64,000 nucleotides of DNA from Thermodesulfobacteriota bacterium (GCA_965223335.1 OZ244991.1:960001-1024000); one strand, 5' to 3'. Positions 40,108 through 52,323 are shown, counted from the first letter of the stretch. Notes: a model not told the origin generated them from the letters alone. Program-made: numbers and translations.

Positions 40108-42381
40108 TTAGGTATCACTCTCAATTACATTATAAAGAACGCGGCTTAGCTGCTCAAGGTTATAGGGTTTTGCGACGCATGCCTTAAAACCCCATTTCTC
40201 ATACTCGGCCATCACGCTGTCGTTCGAGTACCCGCTCGACACTATGGCTTTTACGCCGGGGTCAATGGCAATCAGTTCCTTTATGGCATCGGTGCCGCCT
40301 ATCTCACCCGGAACTGTAAGGTCGAGTATAACAGCATCAAACTGTTTGTTTTCTTCCATGCTCCTTATATATATATCGATGGTTTCTCTGCCGTTTGTAG
40401 CAAAGCTCACTTCATAACCGAGAGTGGTAAGTGCTTTTTCCAAAAGAGTTCTTATCCCCACGTCGTCATCCATCACAAGTATTTGTCCCTTCCCGGCGAT
40501 GTGAGTTTTTGATCCAAGCTGGTTCTCCGTACTCTCTGAGTCGGTAGCAGGAAGGTAAATATGAAAAGTAGTGCCTACGTTGGGTTCGGATTCAACCGAG
40601 ATGTTACCGTCATGATTCTTAATGATAGAATAGGTAGTTGCGAGCCCAAGACCGTTTCCGTCGGGTTTCGTAGTAAAATAGGGGTCAAATATTTTATGCA
40701 TCACTTCCACATCGATCCCCACACCCTCGTCGGCAACGTTTAGTTCTATATAATCACCGGGTCTTAGACCTAGGTTGTTGTTATCGTCCAGCTGTTTGTT
40801 TTTGGCCTCTATTGTAATTATGCCCCCGTCGGGCATTGCCTGCTTTGAGTTAATGATCAGATTGTTGAGCACTTGGTTTATCTGGCCCTGGTCGACGTTT
40901 ACGTTTTGAATACCCTCCTCTACACTGATCTCGTACTTTATGTTCGATCCCCTCAGCACAAACTCTGTAGATTCCTCGAGTATGTTTTTAATTGAATAGG
41001 TCTTTTTGACAGGTACCCCGCCCTTTGCGAATGTAAGCAGCTGGTCTGTGAGGTCTTTAGCCCTTGACGAGGCCGCCTCTACGTCTCCCAGGATCTCTTG
41101 TACCTCCTCGGGGTCTCCGCAGATCTTGGCAAGCGAGACATTGCCAATAATCGTGGTAAGCAGGTTGTTAAAATCGTGCGCTATACCGCCTGCCAAAATA
41201 CCGAGTGATTCCAATTTCTGCGATTTCAACATCTCTTGCTCCATCTGTTTCCTATCGGTAATATCACGCGAGGTGATAACGGCATTGATCTCACCCGAGG
41301 CTGTTTTAAACGGCTGGCCCGAGCTCTCAAGCCACCTCCATGTCCCGTCTTTATGTAGGTACCTGAAGGTTATATGCCCCGAGCTCTCAAAATTGTGGAG
41401 GCCCGCAATACACTGGTTTATCACCGCCAGCTTATCATCGTTATGAATGTACTCGAATATGCTCCTTCCAATCAGGTCATCGGGTTCATAGCCGAGTATA
41501 TCCTTGTGGTTTTGGCTCACATAGATAAATATGCCGTCTACCGAAGTTTCGATTATCAGGTTATAGCTATGCTCCACAATGGCGTTGTATCTTGCTTCGT
41601 TTTCCTCAATAGTCTGCTGTGCCTGCCTGCGCGAGGTTATGTCGCGAAAGGTAAGTACGCTGCCGCTCAGTTTTCCGTGGTCGTCTCTAATCGGCGATGC
41701 GGTGTACTCTATGGGTATCTCGGTCTGGTTTTTTGTGATTAGTGTGGTGAAGTTGGTTTGTGGGCTTGGTTCTATTCCATATAGGTTTTCAGAGGCGCTG
41801 TGTGTAATATCGAGCATTTCATGCTTTATCTTAAACACGTTTTGCAGCTCGTCCCCTACGGCGTCGGTCTCGGCCCAACCTGTGAGTTTCATGGCTGCGG
41901 GGTTTAAAAAAGTGATTGTCGAGCTGCTGTCAGTTGCTATAACCGCATCCGCCACACTGCCGAGTGTTGTGGATAATAGCCATTGCCTTTCTTTTAATTG
42001 TTTCTCAAAAGAGTGCTTGTAAAGGGCGACATCAACTGCGGTGCAGAGCTCAACATCGTCAAACGGCTTGGTTATATAGCCGTGGGGGTCGGTTGATTTA
42101 GCACGCTCTAGGGTCTCGGGATCGGTATAAGACGTCACATAAATAATCGGCAGATCATATTGGGTGCGTATCTCTTGTGCAGTTTCAACCCCGTCCATCC
42201 CACGCTTAAGCCCTATGTCCATTATAACTAAATCAGGTGAGATACTGGGTATGATCCCCAGAGCTTCCTCGGCACTAGATGCAATATGAGTGTTGCGGTA
42301 TCCGGGTTTTTTAAGTCTATCCTTAATGTCGTTTGCTATAAGCCTCTCATCTTCCACGATGAGAATGGTTTTATCTGACAT
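40108..42381 (-). CDS. Cytoplasmic hybrid sensor kinase (REC-PAS-PAS-HisKA-HATPase-REC)
   Basis: AGGIAHDFNNLL H-box, N/G boxes, receiver domains at both ends. Confidence 0.92.
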   Translation of the reverse strand: MSDKTILIVEDERLIANDIKDRLKKPGYRNTHIASSAEEALGIIPSISPDLVIMDIGLKRGMDGVETAQEIRTQYDLPIIYVTSYTDPETLERAKSTDPHGYITKPFDDVELCTAVDVALYKHSFEKQLKERQWLLSTTLGSVADAVIATDSSSTITFLNPAAMKLTGWAETDAVGDELQNVFKIKHEMLDITHSASENLYGIEPSPQTNFTTLITKNQTEIPIEYTASPIRDDHGKLSGSVLTFRDITSRRQAQQTIEENEARYNAIVEHSYNLIIETSVDGIFIYVSQNHKDILGYEPDDLIGRSIFEYIHNDDKLAVINQCIAGLHNFESSGHITFRYLHKDGTWRWLESSGQPFKTASGEINAVITSRDITDRKQMEQEMLKSQKLESLGILAGGIAHDFNNLLTTIIGNVSLAKICGDPEEVQEILGDVEAASSRAKDLTDQLLTFAKGGVPVKKTYSIKNILEESTEFVLRGSNIKYEISVEEGIQNVNVDQGQINQVLNNLIINSKQAMPDGGIITIEAKNKQLDDNNNLGLRPGDYIELNVADEGVGIDVEVMHKIFDPYFTTKPDGNGLGLATTYSIIKNHDGNISVESEPNVGTTFHIYLPATDSESTENQLGSKTHIAGKGQILVMDDDVGIRTLLEKALTTLGYEVSFATNGRETIDIYIRSMEENKQFDAVILDLTVPGEIGGTDAIKELIAIDPGVKAIVSSGYSNDSVMAEYEKWGFKACVAKPYNLEQLSRVLYNVIESDT

Positions 42382-42411
42382 TACCGAATTGCCATTCCCC
42401 TGTTTTATTTT

Positions 42412-42960
42412 TTACGTCAATACCCTAGTCACTTCTTTACCCAGATCCCTACTCTTGTAGGGTTTGACAACAAAGCCCTTGAATCCATCATTGGAGTATT
42501 TAGACATAACAGGGTTTTGGAAATAACCACTCGACACAATAGCCTTTATGTCGGGGTTAATTTCCTTTAGGCACTTGATTGTCTCTTTGCCCCCCATTCC
42601 ACCTGGCACTGTTAGGTCAAGTATAACCAGGTCTATCCCGTTACGCCTCTCATTGCTTTTTTTGTAGAGCTCAATCGCCTCTACACCGTCATTAGCGTAT
42701 AGGGTATTATAACCCATACTTTTTAACATCTCACCCGCTACATCGCATACCATATCTTCATCGTCCATCAAAAGAATTGTACCGCTGCCCTTATATTCAT
42801 TATACGTCTGTTGCTCCGTATAGTTAAGTACCCTTGGAGAAGCCTCTAGATAGATTGTACACTCGGCCCCCACACCGAGCTCTGAATCAACCGTATTATC
42901 ATATGTATCCCACTTAGTTAACACTTTATAATATTGCATAGAAGTGCAAAACCATGTCAT
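42412..42960 (-). CDS. Receiver-domain protein, apparently the C-terminal remnant of a hybrid kinase; start uncertain
   Basis: ILLMDDE, ILDLTVPGGMGG, SSGY, KPY; N-terminal part resembles the last HATPase strand. Confidence 0.7.
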   Translation of the reverse strand: MTWFCTSMQYYKVLTKWDTYDNTVDSELGVGAECTIYLEASPRVLNYTEQQTYNEYKGSGTILLMDDEDMVCDVAGEMLKSMGYNTLYANDGVEAIELYKKSNERRNGIDLVILDLTVPGGMGGKETIKCLKEINPDIKAIVSSGYFQNPVMSKYSNDGFKGFVVKPYKSRDLGKEVTRVLT

Positions 42961-43144
42961 TTATACTTAAAACTGATACCCATTTAGTGGTGTGTGTTTA
43001 AAGACGGAAAGATCAATGATTGTTAAATTATATCTAGTGGTCTCCGGCACTATTTCAAGTCTATGACTTTGGTGTCGGGTACAGCTAAACTGAGCATTAA
43101 TCAACGGCTTAATGCTGGTAAGGGCATCAGGGCATAGATATAAG

Positions 43145-43408
43145 CTACTTTTTTCCGAGCTTATTGAGTATCCCTGTTTTTTCCTGAGCTTGTCTCAGTT
43201 CCTCGCCGTAACCCATCTCTCCGATCCATCTCTCAATCTCATTGTTTCGTAGCCGGCCGTAGACAACTGCCTCAAAGTTTTTAAAGTTCCACTCAAAGTT
43301 ATCTTTGAAAGAGAGCCTCCAAAGTCCTCTCAGAGTTAGACCTTTATCATAGAGGGCCAGCGTGAAGGGATGAGTTACTTTATCGTTGGCTATAACACTT
43401 TGTCTCAT
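43145..43408 (-). CDS. Small putative Cro/Ner-like DNA-binding protein
   Basis: AGGAG RBS; ALYDKGLTLRGLW resembles a Ner-type helix; divergent from a CI-like repressor. Confidence 0.5.
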   Translation of the reverse strand: MRQSVIANDKVTHPFTLALYDKGLTLRGLWRLSFKDNFEWNFKNFEAVVYGRLRNNEIERWIGEMGYGEELRQAQEKTGILNKLGKK

Positions 43409-43486
43409 AAAACTCCTTGAATTTTATGCCAACTCGGTGTAATAATTAAATGCTAGGCATATGCATAATCAGATTAACTATGCATT

Positions 43487-43515
43487 ATTCTATGTTAACT
43501 AGCTAGATTTGTCAA
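43487..43515 (-). promoter_or_regulatory. Near-consensus leftward sigma70 promoter overlapped by candidate operators
   Basis: Minus strand TTGACA-17-TAGAAT; repeated TTAA(C/T)TA motifs and palindromes in 43450-43535. Confidence 0.65.
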
Positions 43516-43541
43516 TAGGATATTCGTTAATTAGTAAAAAC

Positions 43542-44270
43542 ATGCTGAACAAGAGACTGCGCTTGTTGATGGAAGAGAACAATCTATCTCAGGCTGACTT
43601 GGCTAAAAAACTAAATATCTCATCCGCTTATGTATCGCAGTTGCTCTCGGGTACAAAGACCAATATAAGCCGTAAACTCGGGATAGCTATCTCCAATATT
43701 TTTAACGTTAACTACGATTGGATAAAGAGCGGCGAGGGCGAGATGCGAAATGACATCCAACTGCTCAATTACCAGAGGTACGGGTCCTCGCTTAGAGAAG
43801 CGGGGGTGGAGTTTGGCAGCAATACCGGAGGCACAACGAGCATATCCCCTATCATAAGCGAGATAAACGACGATTTTGTTAAGGTCAACGTGTATAAGGT
43901 TGTGTACACCGGCAAGCCCGACACAATACCCGAGTTTCAACCAGTAGACACAATCGTCCTGCCCAAACGCATGTGCGGCCCCGATGTAATCTCGCTCAAA
44001 GTCTATGGGGACTCGATGGAGAAACTCATTATGGACGGCTCCGTGATTTCCGTCGATATCAGACAGCGCGAACTTGTGGATAAAAAGATCTACTGCTTTA
44101 GGATTCCATGGGCCGGGATCATCATACGGATGGTGCATACCGAGTTAGACGGTCTGGTACTAGAACCGTTTAACAACGAGTACGAGTCGATTACGTTTAA
44201 GTGGGATGAGTTCGATCCCGACTGTGTTGTGGGTCGGGTAATTTGTAATGTAATAAATGTCTTTAAGTAG
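43542..44270 (+). CDS. CI/LexA-like repressor (XRE HTH + S24 domain); start placed at ATG 43542
   Basis: LSQADLAKKLNISSAYVSQL HTH, WIKSGEG, VYGDSME, VVGRV. Confidence 0.88.
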   Translation: MLNKRLRLLMEENNLSQADLAKKLNISSAYVSQLLSGTKTNISRKLGIAISNIFNVNYDWIKSGEGEMRNDIQLLNYQRYGSSLREAGVEFGSNTGGTTSISPIISEINDDFVKVNVYKVVYTGKPDTIPEFQPVDTIVLPKRMCGPDVISLKVYGDSMEKLIMDGSVISVDIRQRELVDKKIYCFRIPWAGIIIRMVHTELDGLVLEPFNNEYESITFKWDEFDPDCVVGRVICNVINVFK

Positions 44271-44318
44271 TAGCCCGGTCATCCCTCAGATAAATGTAAT
44301 GCTTTGCTCGAATCCCTA

Positions 44319-45857
44319 TTAAATCAAAGTCCTGTCCAAGGTCCTGTACTGTATGGCCTCGGAGATGTGTTCGGATAATACAGCTTCGGAACCCTCCAGG
44401 TCGGCTATGGTTCTGGCAACTTTGAGTATCCTGTCATAGGCCCGCGCACTTAGCCCAAGCTTGTCTATTGCAGTCTGCAGCAGACTGAGTCCATCTTCAT
44501 CGGGCACAGAAAGCTTTCTAATGAGTCTGGGCGGCATCTCGGAATTAGAGTAGATCTTGGTTTTCTTGAACCTTTCTTTTTGTATAGTCCTTGCTTGGTT
44601 TACCCGTCTTTTTATTGTTGCCGAGGCCACACCACTGAGCTCGCTTGAGAGCTCTTTGTACTTAACGGGCGGTACCTCGACGTGTATGTCAATGCGGTCG
44701 AGCAGGGGTCCCGACACCTTGGTCCTATACTTCTGAACCATCAAGGCCGAGCAGGTACATACCTTCTGTGGGTCCCCGTGGTACCCGCAGGGGCAGGGGT
44801 TCATAGCAGCCACAAGCATAAAGTTAGATGGGTAGGTTATCGTAGTCGCAGCCCTAGATATTGTCACTGTGCCGTCCTCAAGGGGCTGGCGAGTGACCTC
44901 TAGCACGTTTTTTCTAAACTCAGGCAGCTCGTCGAGAAATAATACCCCGTTATGAGCCAGGCTCACTTCCCCTGGTTTTGGCACTGCTCCTCCCCCGATC
45001 AACCCGGCATCGCTTATAGTGTGGTGGGGCGAGCGAAACGGTCTTGTGGCCACTACTGATGAATTATTGGAAAGTAAACCTGCGACTGAGTAGATCTTCG
45101 TGGTCTCAAGTGCTTCTTCAAGGTTCATATCGGGCAGTATTGTGGGCAATCTCCTGGCAAGCATGGTCTTACCCGTACCGGGCGAGCCGATCATAAGCAC
45201 ATTGTGCCCCCCGCTTGCGGCTACCTCGAGTGCGCGCTTTACATGCTCCTGGCCCTTTACGTCCTGAAAGTCGTTGTCATAGTGCTTATGTTGTTGAAAC
45301 GTTTCGTCCAGGTCCACTTCAACCGGGGTTAATTCCCGCTCACCTGCTAAGAACTCAACCAGGTCCGAAAGCGAATTCACAGCCAGCGTATCAATCTCAC
45401 TCACCACTGCGGCCTCTTCTGCGTTTTCTGTGGGCACTATTATGCCCTTAAGCCCCTTATCCCTGGCACAGATTGCCGAGGGCAGCACCCCTTTTACACC
45501 CTTTACCCTGCCGTCGAGCGAGAGCTCCCCAAGCACTATGTAGTCGTTTAGTAATTTGCTGTCTATTAACCCCGATGCAGCAAGCAGGCCGATTGATATG
45601 GGTAAGTCAAAGGCCGAGCCCTCTTTCCTAATATCGGCTGGTGCCAGGTTCACAGTAATCTTTCTTTGAGGGAAATCGTATCCGCTATTTTTAATTGCAG
45701 ACCTTACTCGTTCCTTGCTCTCTTTAACCGCACCCTCGGGCAGCCCCACTGTTGCGAACTGAGGGAGCCCAAGCGCTATATCAACCTCAACCTCTACAAG
45801 ATAGGAATCCACACCCAGTGTAGCACTGCTCAGCACCTTCGATATCATAGCAACCAT
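44319..45857 (-). CDS. comM: ComM/YifB Mg-chelatase-like AAA+ ATPase, intact (start may be ATG at 45848)
   Basis: NLAPAD, GSPGTGKT, RPFRSPHH, PGEVSLAHNGVLFLDE, AAMNPCPCG, SGPLLDRID. Confidence 0.95.
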   Translation of the reverse strand: MVAMISKVLSSATLGVDSYLVEVEVDIALGLPQFATVGLPEGAVKESKERVRSAIKNSGYDFPQRKITVNLAPADIRKEGSAFDLPISIGLLAASGLIDSKLLNDYIVLGELSLDGRVKGVKGVLPSAICARDKGLKGIIVPTENAEEAAVVSEIDTLAVNSLSDLVEFLAGERELTPVEVDLDETFQQHKHYDNDFQDVKGQEHVKRALEVAASGGHNVLMIGSPGTGKTMLARRLPTILPDMNLEEALETTKIYSVAGLLSNNSSVVATRPFRSPHHTISDAGLIGGGAVPKPGEVSLAHNGVLFLDELPEFRKNVLEVTRQPLEDGTVTISRAATTITYPSNFMLVAAMNPCPCGYHGDPQKVCTCSALMVQKYRTKVSGPLLDRIDIHVEVPPVKYKELSSELSGVASATIKRRVNQARTIQKERFKKTKIYSNSEMPPRLIRKLSVPDEDGLSLLQTAIDKLGLSARAYDRILKVARTIADLEGSEAVLSEHISEAIQYRTLDRTLI

Positions 45858-46002
45858 CTATTATAACCACTTTTCTTCTTAATTTGTTAGATAAAACAGG
45901 AAATATCGTTACAGAATGCGAGAAATCTTGATAGTAGATACACTATGAAATTGAGTGTGATATACAATATAATATCAATTGGAAAATATAAGGAGGTGAC
46001 AA

Positions 46003-46296
46003 ATGAGAATAAGTGCCATGATTATTGGGGTTTTAGTATTTATCATGCCTTGCATTTCCTATGCCGATAGTGATAGTGAATTAAGAGCCGAGATCCTCGG
46101 AGAGTCGGCTGGGAAGGCAATAGCAGGTGATCATAGTGAGTATCAGCCGGATAAGGCGAAAGAAGAATGTGAATCATCATTTCAAAAACAATGGAAAGAA
46201 CATTTTGAGGAAAAAGGGTTCTCGACCGACGAAGCTGTAGTTAATAGCTTTGTGGGAGGATGTATGAAAAAATATAACAAGGCATTCGGCAAATAG
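46003..46296 (+). CDS. Small secreted hypothetical protein (two mature Cys)
   Basis: AAGGAGGT RBS; signal peptide ending SYA; C..C pair. Confidence 0.6.
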   Translation: MRISAMIIGVLVFIMPCISYADSDSELRAEILGESAGKAIAGDHSEYQPDKAKEECESSFQKQWKEHFEEKGFSTDEAVVNSFVGGCMKKYNKAFGK

Positions 46297-46391
46297 GGTT
46301 AAATTCTTCTAGATTGTACTGTAATCTCATGATCATTTTTAATATAGATTATAATAACTAATATTAGTGGTAATAATGGGGGGGTCAAAAT

Positions 46392-46796
46392 ATGCAGGTA
46401 CGTAATTTAAGCAATTTCTCTTTTGGAGGTGAAACAAAGTATTCTTTCGACGATGCCATAAAACAAGTTGAAGATGCATTAAAAGAGCAGGGTTTCGGCA
46501 TATTAACTCAAATCGACGCAAAAAAAGTACTAAAAGACAAACTGGATATCGACCGTAGGCCTTACAAAATCCTTGGTGCATGTAATCCTAACTTTGCTCA
46601 TAAAGCCCTGGATATGGAACCTGAGATTGGAGTGCTTCTCCCGTGCAATGTGATTGTTTATGAGAAGGAAAACGGAGAAGTCATGGTATCGGCCATGAAT
46701 CCCCAGGCAGCTCTGGGTTTAGTGGATAATACGGATATTGAGAACATTGCCAAAGAGGTTCGAATCCGAGTGGAATCGGCTTTAGAGAAATTATAG
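46392..46796 (+). CDS. DUF302 domain protein
   Basis: GFGILTQID, YKILGACNP, IGVLLPCNVIV. Confidence 0.9.
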   Translation: MQVRNLSNFSFGGETKYSFDDAIKQVEDALKEQGFGILTQIDAKKVLKDKLDIDRRPYKILGACNPNFAHKALDMEPEIGVLLPCNVIVYEKENGEVMVSAMNPQAALGLVDNTDIENIAKEVRIRVESALEKL

Positions 46797-46823
46797 ATTT
46801 GAAGCCTAAGACTAACAATAGAC

Positions 46824-47351
46824 ATGACAAACGAGATTATGTCCAATGTTATAAGCAATCCCTCAATGTCGTTATTTATATTGGGTACTTTGGTTTCGAT
46901 TGTCATTCTAATATTCAAAAGACCGCTCAATAAATCTGTTGTTGTAGATGTTCTATTCTCTTACTATCTTTTGTTCAGCATTGGGATCAACTACCTGGTC
47001 AACTTTGTCTTGCATGTTTTCTTTGGTGATATGATTGCCAAGTTTATAGGTTGGGATAATAGTCCCTTCCAACTAGAAGTAGGTTTTGCGAGCTTGGGTT
47101 TTGCAGTAGTAGGGCTGCTTGCATTCAAGGGGAGTTTGGGAATGAAAGCCGCTGCGGTTATCGGCCCCTCGATGTTTCTATTGGGTGCAGCGGGCGGACA
47201 TATATACCAGATGATCGAGGCACATAACTATGCCCCCGGCAATGCCGGCTCTGTATTTTGGATGGACATCATACTGCCGATAGTAGGTTTTGTACTATTA
47301 TATTTATACTATAGGTTCAAAAACGGTGTTGAATCAGCTGTGAGTCTATAG
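46824..47351 (+). CDS. Membrane protein (DUF6790-like)
   Basis: Five TM segments; IGWDNSPFQLEVG, GH..NYAPGNAG. Confidence 0.7.
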   Translation: MTNEIMSNVISNPSMSLFILGTLVSIVILIFKRPLNKSVVVDVLFSYYLLFSIGINYLVNFVLHVFFGDMIAKFIGWDNSPFQLEVGFASLGFAVVGLLAFKGSLGMKAAAVIGPSMFLLGAAGGHIYQMIEAHNYAPGNAGSVFWMDIILPIVGFVLLYLYYRFKNGVESAVSL

Positions 47352-47431
47352 TCTCTATACCTAATTAATGAACTAGTGCTTATTGTATATCCCAGACTCA
47401 ACAAAAGTATTTAATTTTGTACTTATTCAAT

Positions 47432-47448
47432 TGTCAGATTATCTGACA
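47432..47448. promoter_or_regulatory. Perfect 17-bp palindrome, candidate enhancer (UAS) for an NtrC-type activator
   Basis: TGTCAGAT-T-ATCTGACA about 50 bp upstream of a -24/-12 promoter. Confidence 0.65.
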
Positions 47449-47498
47449 GCTTACAGAGCCCCATTTGTGTAACCTGTACAAATCATTTACGTTATAGG

Positions 47499-47513
47499 TG
47501 GCATATATGTTGC
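47499..47513 (+). promoter_or_regulatory. Sigma54 (-24/-12) promoter of the cco operon
   Basis: TGGCAT-ATATG-TTGC, GG-N10-GC spacing, 21 bp before the ccoI ATG. Confidence 0.7.
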
Positions 47514-47534
47514 CAATTCATATACCTCGAAGAT

Positions 47535-49985
47535 ATGGATACGGCTACGGGCTCTGTGACAACAACTAAGGGAAGTGGTACGATCTCATTGCGGGATTCG
47601 GCTTGTATACACTGTGGTGACGAGGTGACTCCCGACACGTCGGTTATATACGAGGAAAAGCTGTTTTGCTGCGCGGGATGCGTATCTGTATATCGTTTTA
47701 TCCACGAGCTTGGGCTTTCGGAATTCTATAATCTTAAAGACACAAATTCCCCCACACCTTACAAGGTCACCGACACCCGGGATTACTCCTATCTGAACAC
47801 AGAGAGTTTTAAAAAACAGTACACACTAGAGGGCGAGCCGAACACTATGGTTTTTTACATAGAGGGTGTTCATTGCTCGGCATGCCTGTGGTTGATTGAA
47901 CGGATTCCTCAGTACGAGAGCAATATAAATTCAGTTCAACTCGATATGTCTACCAATCTGGCGACAGTTCGGTTTCATGACACTACCCATTTCTCTTCGT
48001 TCCCGGATATGATCAGTAAGCTTGGATACAGGGCTCATCCAGTAAAAGATGATGATCATGTCCGGGAACTCCTTTTGCGCGAGAACCGCTGGGCGCTTAT
48101 CCGATTGGCAGTCGCGGGGGTAGCCGCAGGCAATATCATGTTGCTGTCCGCTGCCATATACTCGGGGGCCGATGGCTTCATGGGTAACTATTTCGGGCTA
48201 ATAAATATGATTTTGGCAATCCCGGTAGTGTCATACTGCGCTTACCCTTTCTATAAGAGCGTTCTCAGGTCATTAAACAACAGACAGCTAACTGTAGATA
48301 TACCGATTGTTTTTGTCATCCTAGTTGGGTTCATATTGAGCACATACGGTTTTTTTAGGGGCAGCGACCAGGTCTATTTCGATTCGATTACTGTGTTTGT
48401 GTTCCTATTGCTCGCCAGCAGGTATGTGCTCTCGATTATCCGCTCCAGGGTCTCTGATCACGAACCGCTTAGCAACAGCATATTCTCGTCCGATAAAACA
48501 TTGGTCTGGGACAAGGCTTCCAAACAGTATTTCTACCAGCCTACTCATATCCTTAGACCCGGCGATCGTATTAAGTTGGAGCGGGGCGATCGTGTACCAG
48601 TAGACGGGGTATTGGCGGGTGCTAATGCGACGCTTAATTTATCGGTTTTAAGCGGCGAGAGCATTCCTGTTACTGCACTCAGGGGCGATGCGGTATATGC
48701 GGGTTCGATTGTGTTGGGTGAGCAAACAGTTGTAGAGGTAGAGAAAACTAAAAGCGACACACGCATTGGAAAGATACTCGATAAAATAGATAAAAATTAC
48801 GACTCCACACCCCAGTGCCGTTCATTTGCATCCAGGTACTCCACTATTTTTACATTGCTCGTAGTTGTGAGTGCATTTTGTACATTCGGCGCTGTAAGCG
48901 TACTTTACGGATCAGCAGTAGCACTCGACAGGGTTATTGCTCTTGTTCTGATCTCGTGTCCGTGCGCATTCGTAATAGCGCTACCCCTAATACATGGCCT
49001 ATCACTCAAAGGGGGTTTGAACAAGGGGTTTATTGTTAAAGACCTCGGTGTGCTCGAGAGGTTTGGAGCTATAGACAACATATTTTTCGACAAAACCGGT
49101 ACACTGACCAAGGGGGTATTCAAGGTGCTTCGTTGGGATCTGGATGACATGGGGGACGATGATCTTTCCGCTGTGCTCGCAATTGAGAGGATGTCCTCAC
49201 ACCCTGTAGCTAGGTCAATTGTATCGTATCTATCCCAAAAGAGGCTTAACAACCCCGTGGTTACAGAGATGAAGACGGTACCGTTAAGGGGTGTAGAGGC
49301 CGTGGTAAACGGCCACTCTTATAGGATCGTATCCGATATAGAAAAAAACCACGAGACCGACTTCAACCAGATTGTCTCTACACAGACACTCATATTTAAG
49401 GACGATAAACCGATCTCTACTGTGTATCTGGGCGACTCGTTAAAAGAAGATGCCAAATTTGTCTTAAATCAACTCGGTCAAATGGACTACGATCTTTTTA
49501 TCCTCTCGGGCGATAAAGAGGGCAACGTAAAGAGCGTGGCCCAGAGGCTTCAGATTCCCCTCGAATCTGCGTACTGGGGCAAAACACCCGAGGAAAAATC
49601 CGAAATAGTAAGTGGTGCTTCAGGGAGCCTAATGGTAGGGGATGGGCTAAACGACACCGGTGCTATGTCGTCTGCCGACGCCAGTGTGTCTGTGCAGGGT
49701 GGGGTCGAGGAGAGCCTCAAGGTATCTGATGTATATATATTGAATAACGACCTCTACACGCTGCTCGATATATTTCAGCATGCGGATCTAACCAGACAAA
49801 CCATACGACGCAACAGTGTGTTTTCGGTGCTCTACAACGTGGGCGGCGGAGCGCTTGCGGTCATGGGTTACGTAGGCCCGCTTGTGGCAGCGGTTCTTAT
49901 GCCCCTTAGCTCAGTACTCTTAATTGCGTCCTCAGTCTATGGATATAACAAAATGTCGCAAAGACGGGGAGGATACTCCAGATGA
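47535..49985 (+). CDS. ccoI: cbb3 oxidase copper-translocating P1B-ATPase
   Basis: CIHC..CCAGC, CSAC HMA domain, CPC, DKTGT, GDGLND; first gene of the cco operon. Confidence 0.9.
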   Translation: MDTATGSVTTTKGSGTISLRDSACIHCGDEVTPDTSVIYEEKLFCCAGCVSVYRFIHELGLSEFYNLKDTNSPTPYKVTDTRDYSYLNTESFKKQYTLEGEPNTMVFYIEGVHCSACLWLIERIPQYESNINSVQLDMSTNLATVRFHDTTHFSSFPDMISKLGYRAHPVKDDDHVRELLLRENRWALIRLAVAGVAAGNIMLLSAAIYSGADGFMGNYFGLINMILAIPVVSYCAYPFYKSVLRSLNNRQLTVDIPIVFVILVGFILSTYGFFRGSDQVYFDSITVFVFLLLASRYVLSIIRSRVSDHEPLSNSIFSSDKTLVWDKASKQYFYQPTHILRPGDRIKLERGDRVPVDGVLAGANATLNLSVLSGESIPVTALRGDAVYAGSIVLGEQTVVEVEKTKSDTRIGKILDKIDKNYDSTPQCRSFASRYSTIFTLLVVVSAFCTFGAVSVLYGSAVALDRVIALVLISCPCAFVIALPLIHGLSLKGGLNKGFIVKDLGVLERFGAIDNIFFDKTGTLTKGVFKVLRWDLDDMGDDDLSAVLAIERMSSHPVARSIVSYLSQKRLNNPVVTEMKTVPLRGVEAVVNGHSYRIVSDIEKNHETDFNQIVSTQTLIFKDDKPISTVYLGDSLKEDAKFVLNQLGQMDYDLFILSGDKEGNVKSVAQRLQIPLESAYWGKTPEEKSEIVSGASGSLMVGDGLNDTGAMSSADASVSVQGGVEESLKVSDVYILNNDLYTLLDIFQHADLTRQTIRRNSVFSVLYNVGGGALAVMGYVGPLVAAVLMPLSSVLLIASSVYGYNKMSQRRGGYSR

Positions 49986-50161
49986 GCATCATACTTCTTA
50001 CACTAGGGGTTTCTATTACGCTTGCATTGATATTCCTCGGTGTTTTTATATGGGCCACTCATAAGGGTCAATACGACGACCTTGTTACACCGAGCCAACG
50101 AATGTTAATAGACGATTATGAAGAGATACAAACAAAATCTGCCTTAAAGGAGGACAGATAG
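49982..50161 (+). CDS. ccoS: cbb3 oxidase assembly protein CcoS (59 aa, absent from the ORF track)
   Basis: MSIILLTLGVSITLALIFLGVFIWATHKGQYDDLVTPSQRML..; ATGA overlap with the ccoI stop. Confidence 0.9.
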   Translation: MSIILLTLGVSITLALIFLGVFIWATHKGQYDDLVTPSQRMLIDDYEEIQTKSALKEDR

Positions 50162-50163
50162 AC

Positions 50164-52310
<2,147 letters not shown>

Positions 52311-52323
<13 letters not shown>

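Noticed and set aside
42930..42955. Sigma54 promoter for the receiver gene (TTTGCAC..ATGC)
   Set aside because: Lacks the invariant GG and has the wrong spacing.
41960..44090. Isolated perfect DnaA boxes (TGTGGATAA) near 41968 and 44075
   Set aside because: Single copies inside coding sequence, compatible with chance.
44319..45857. comM disrupted by a mobile element
   Set aside because: The reading frame is full length with all motifs intact.
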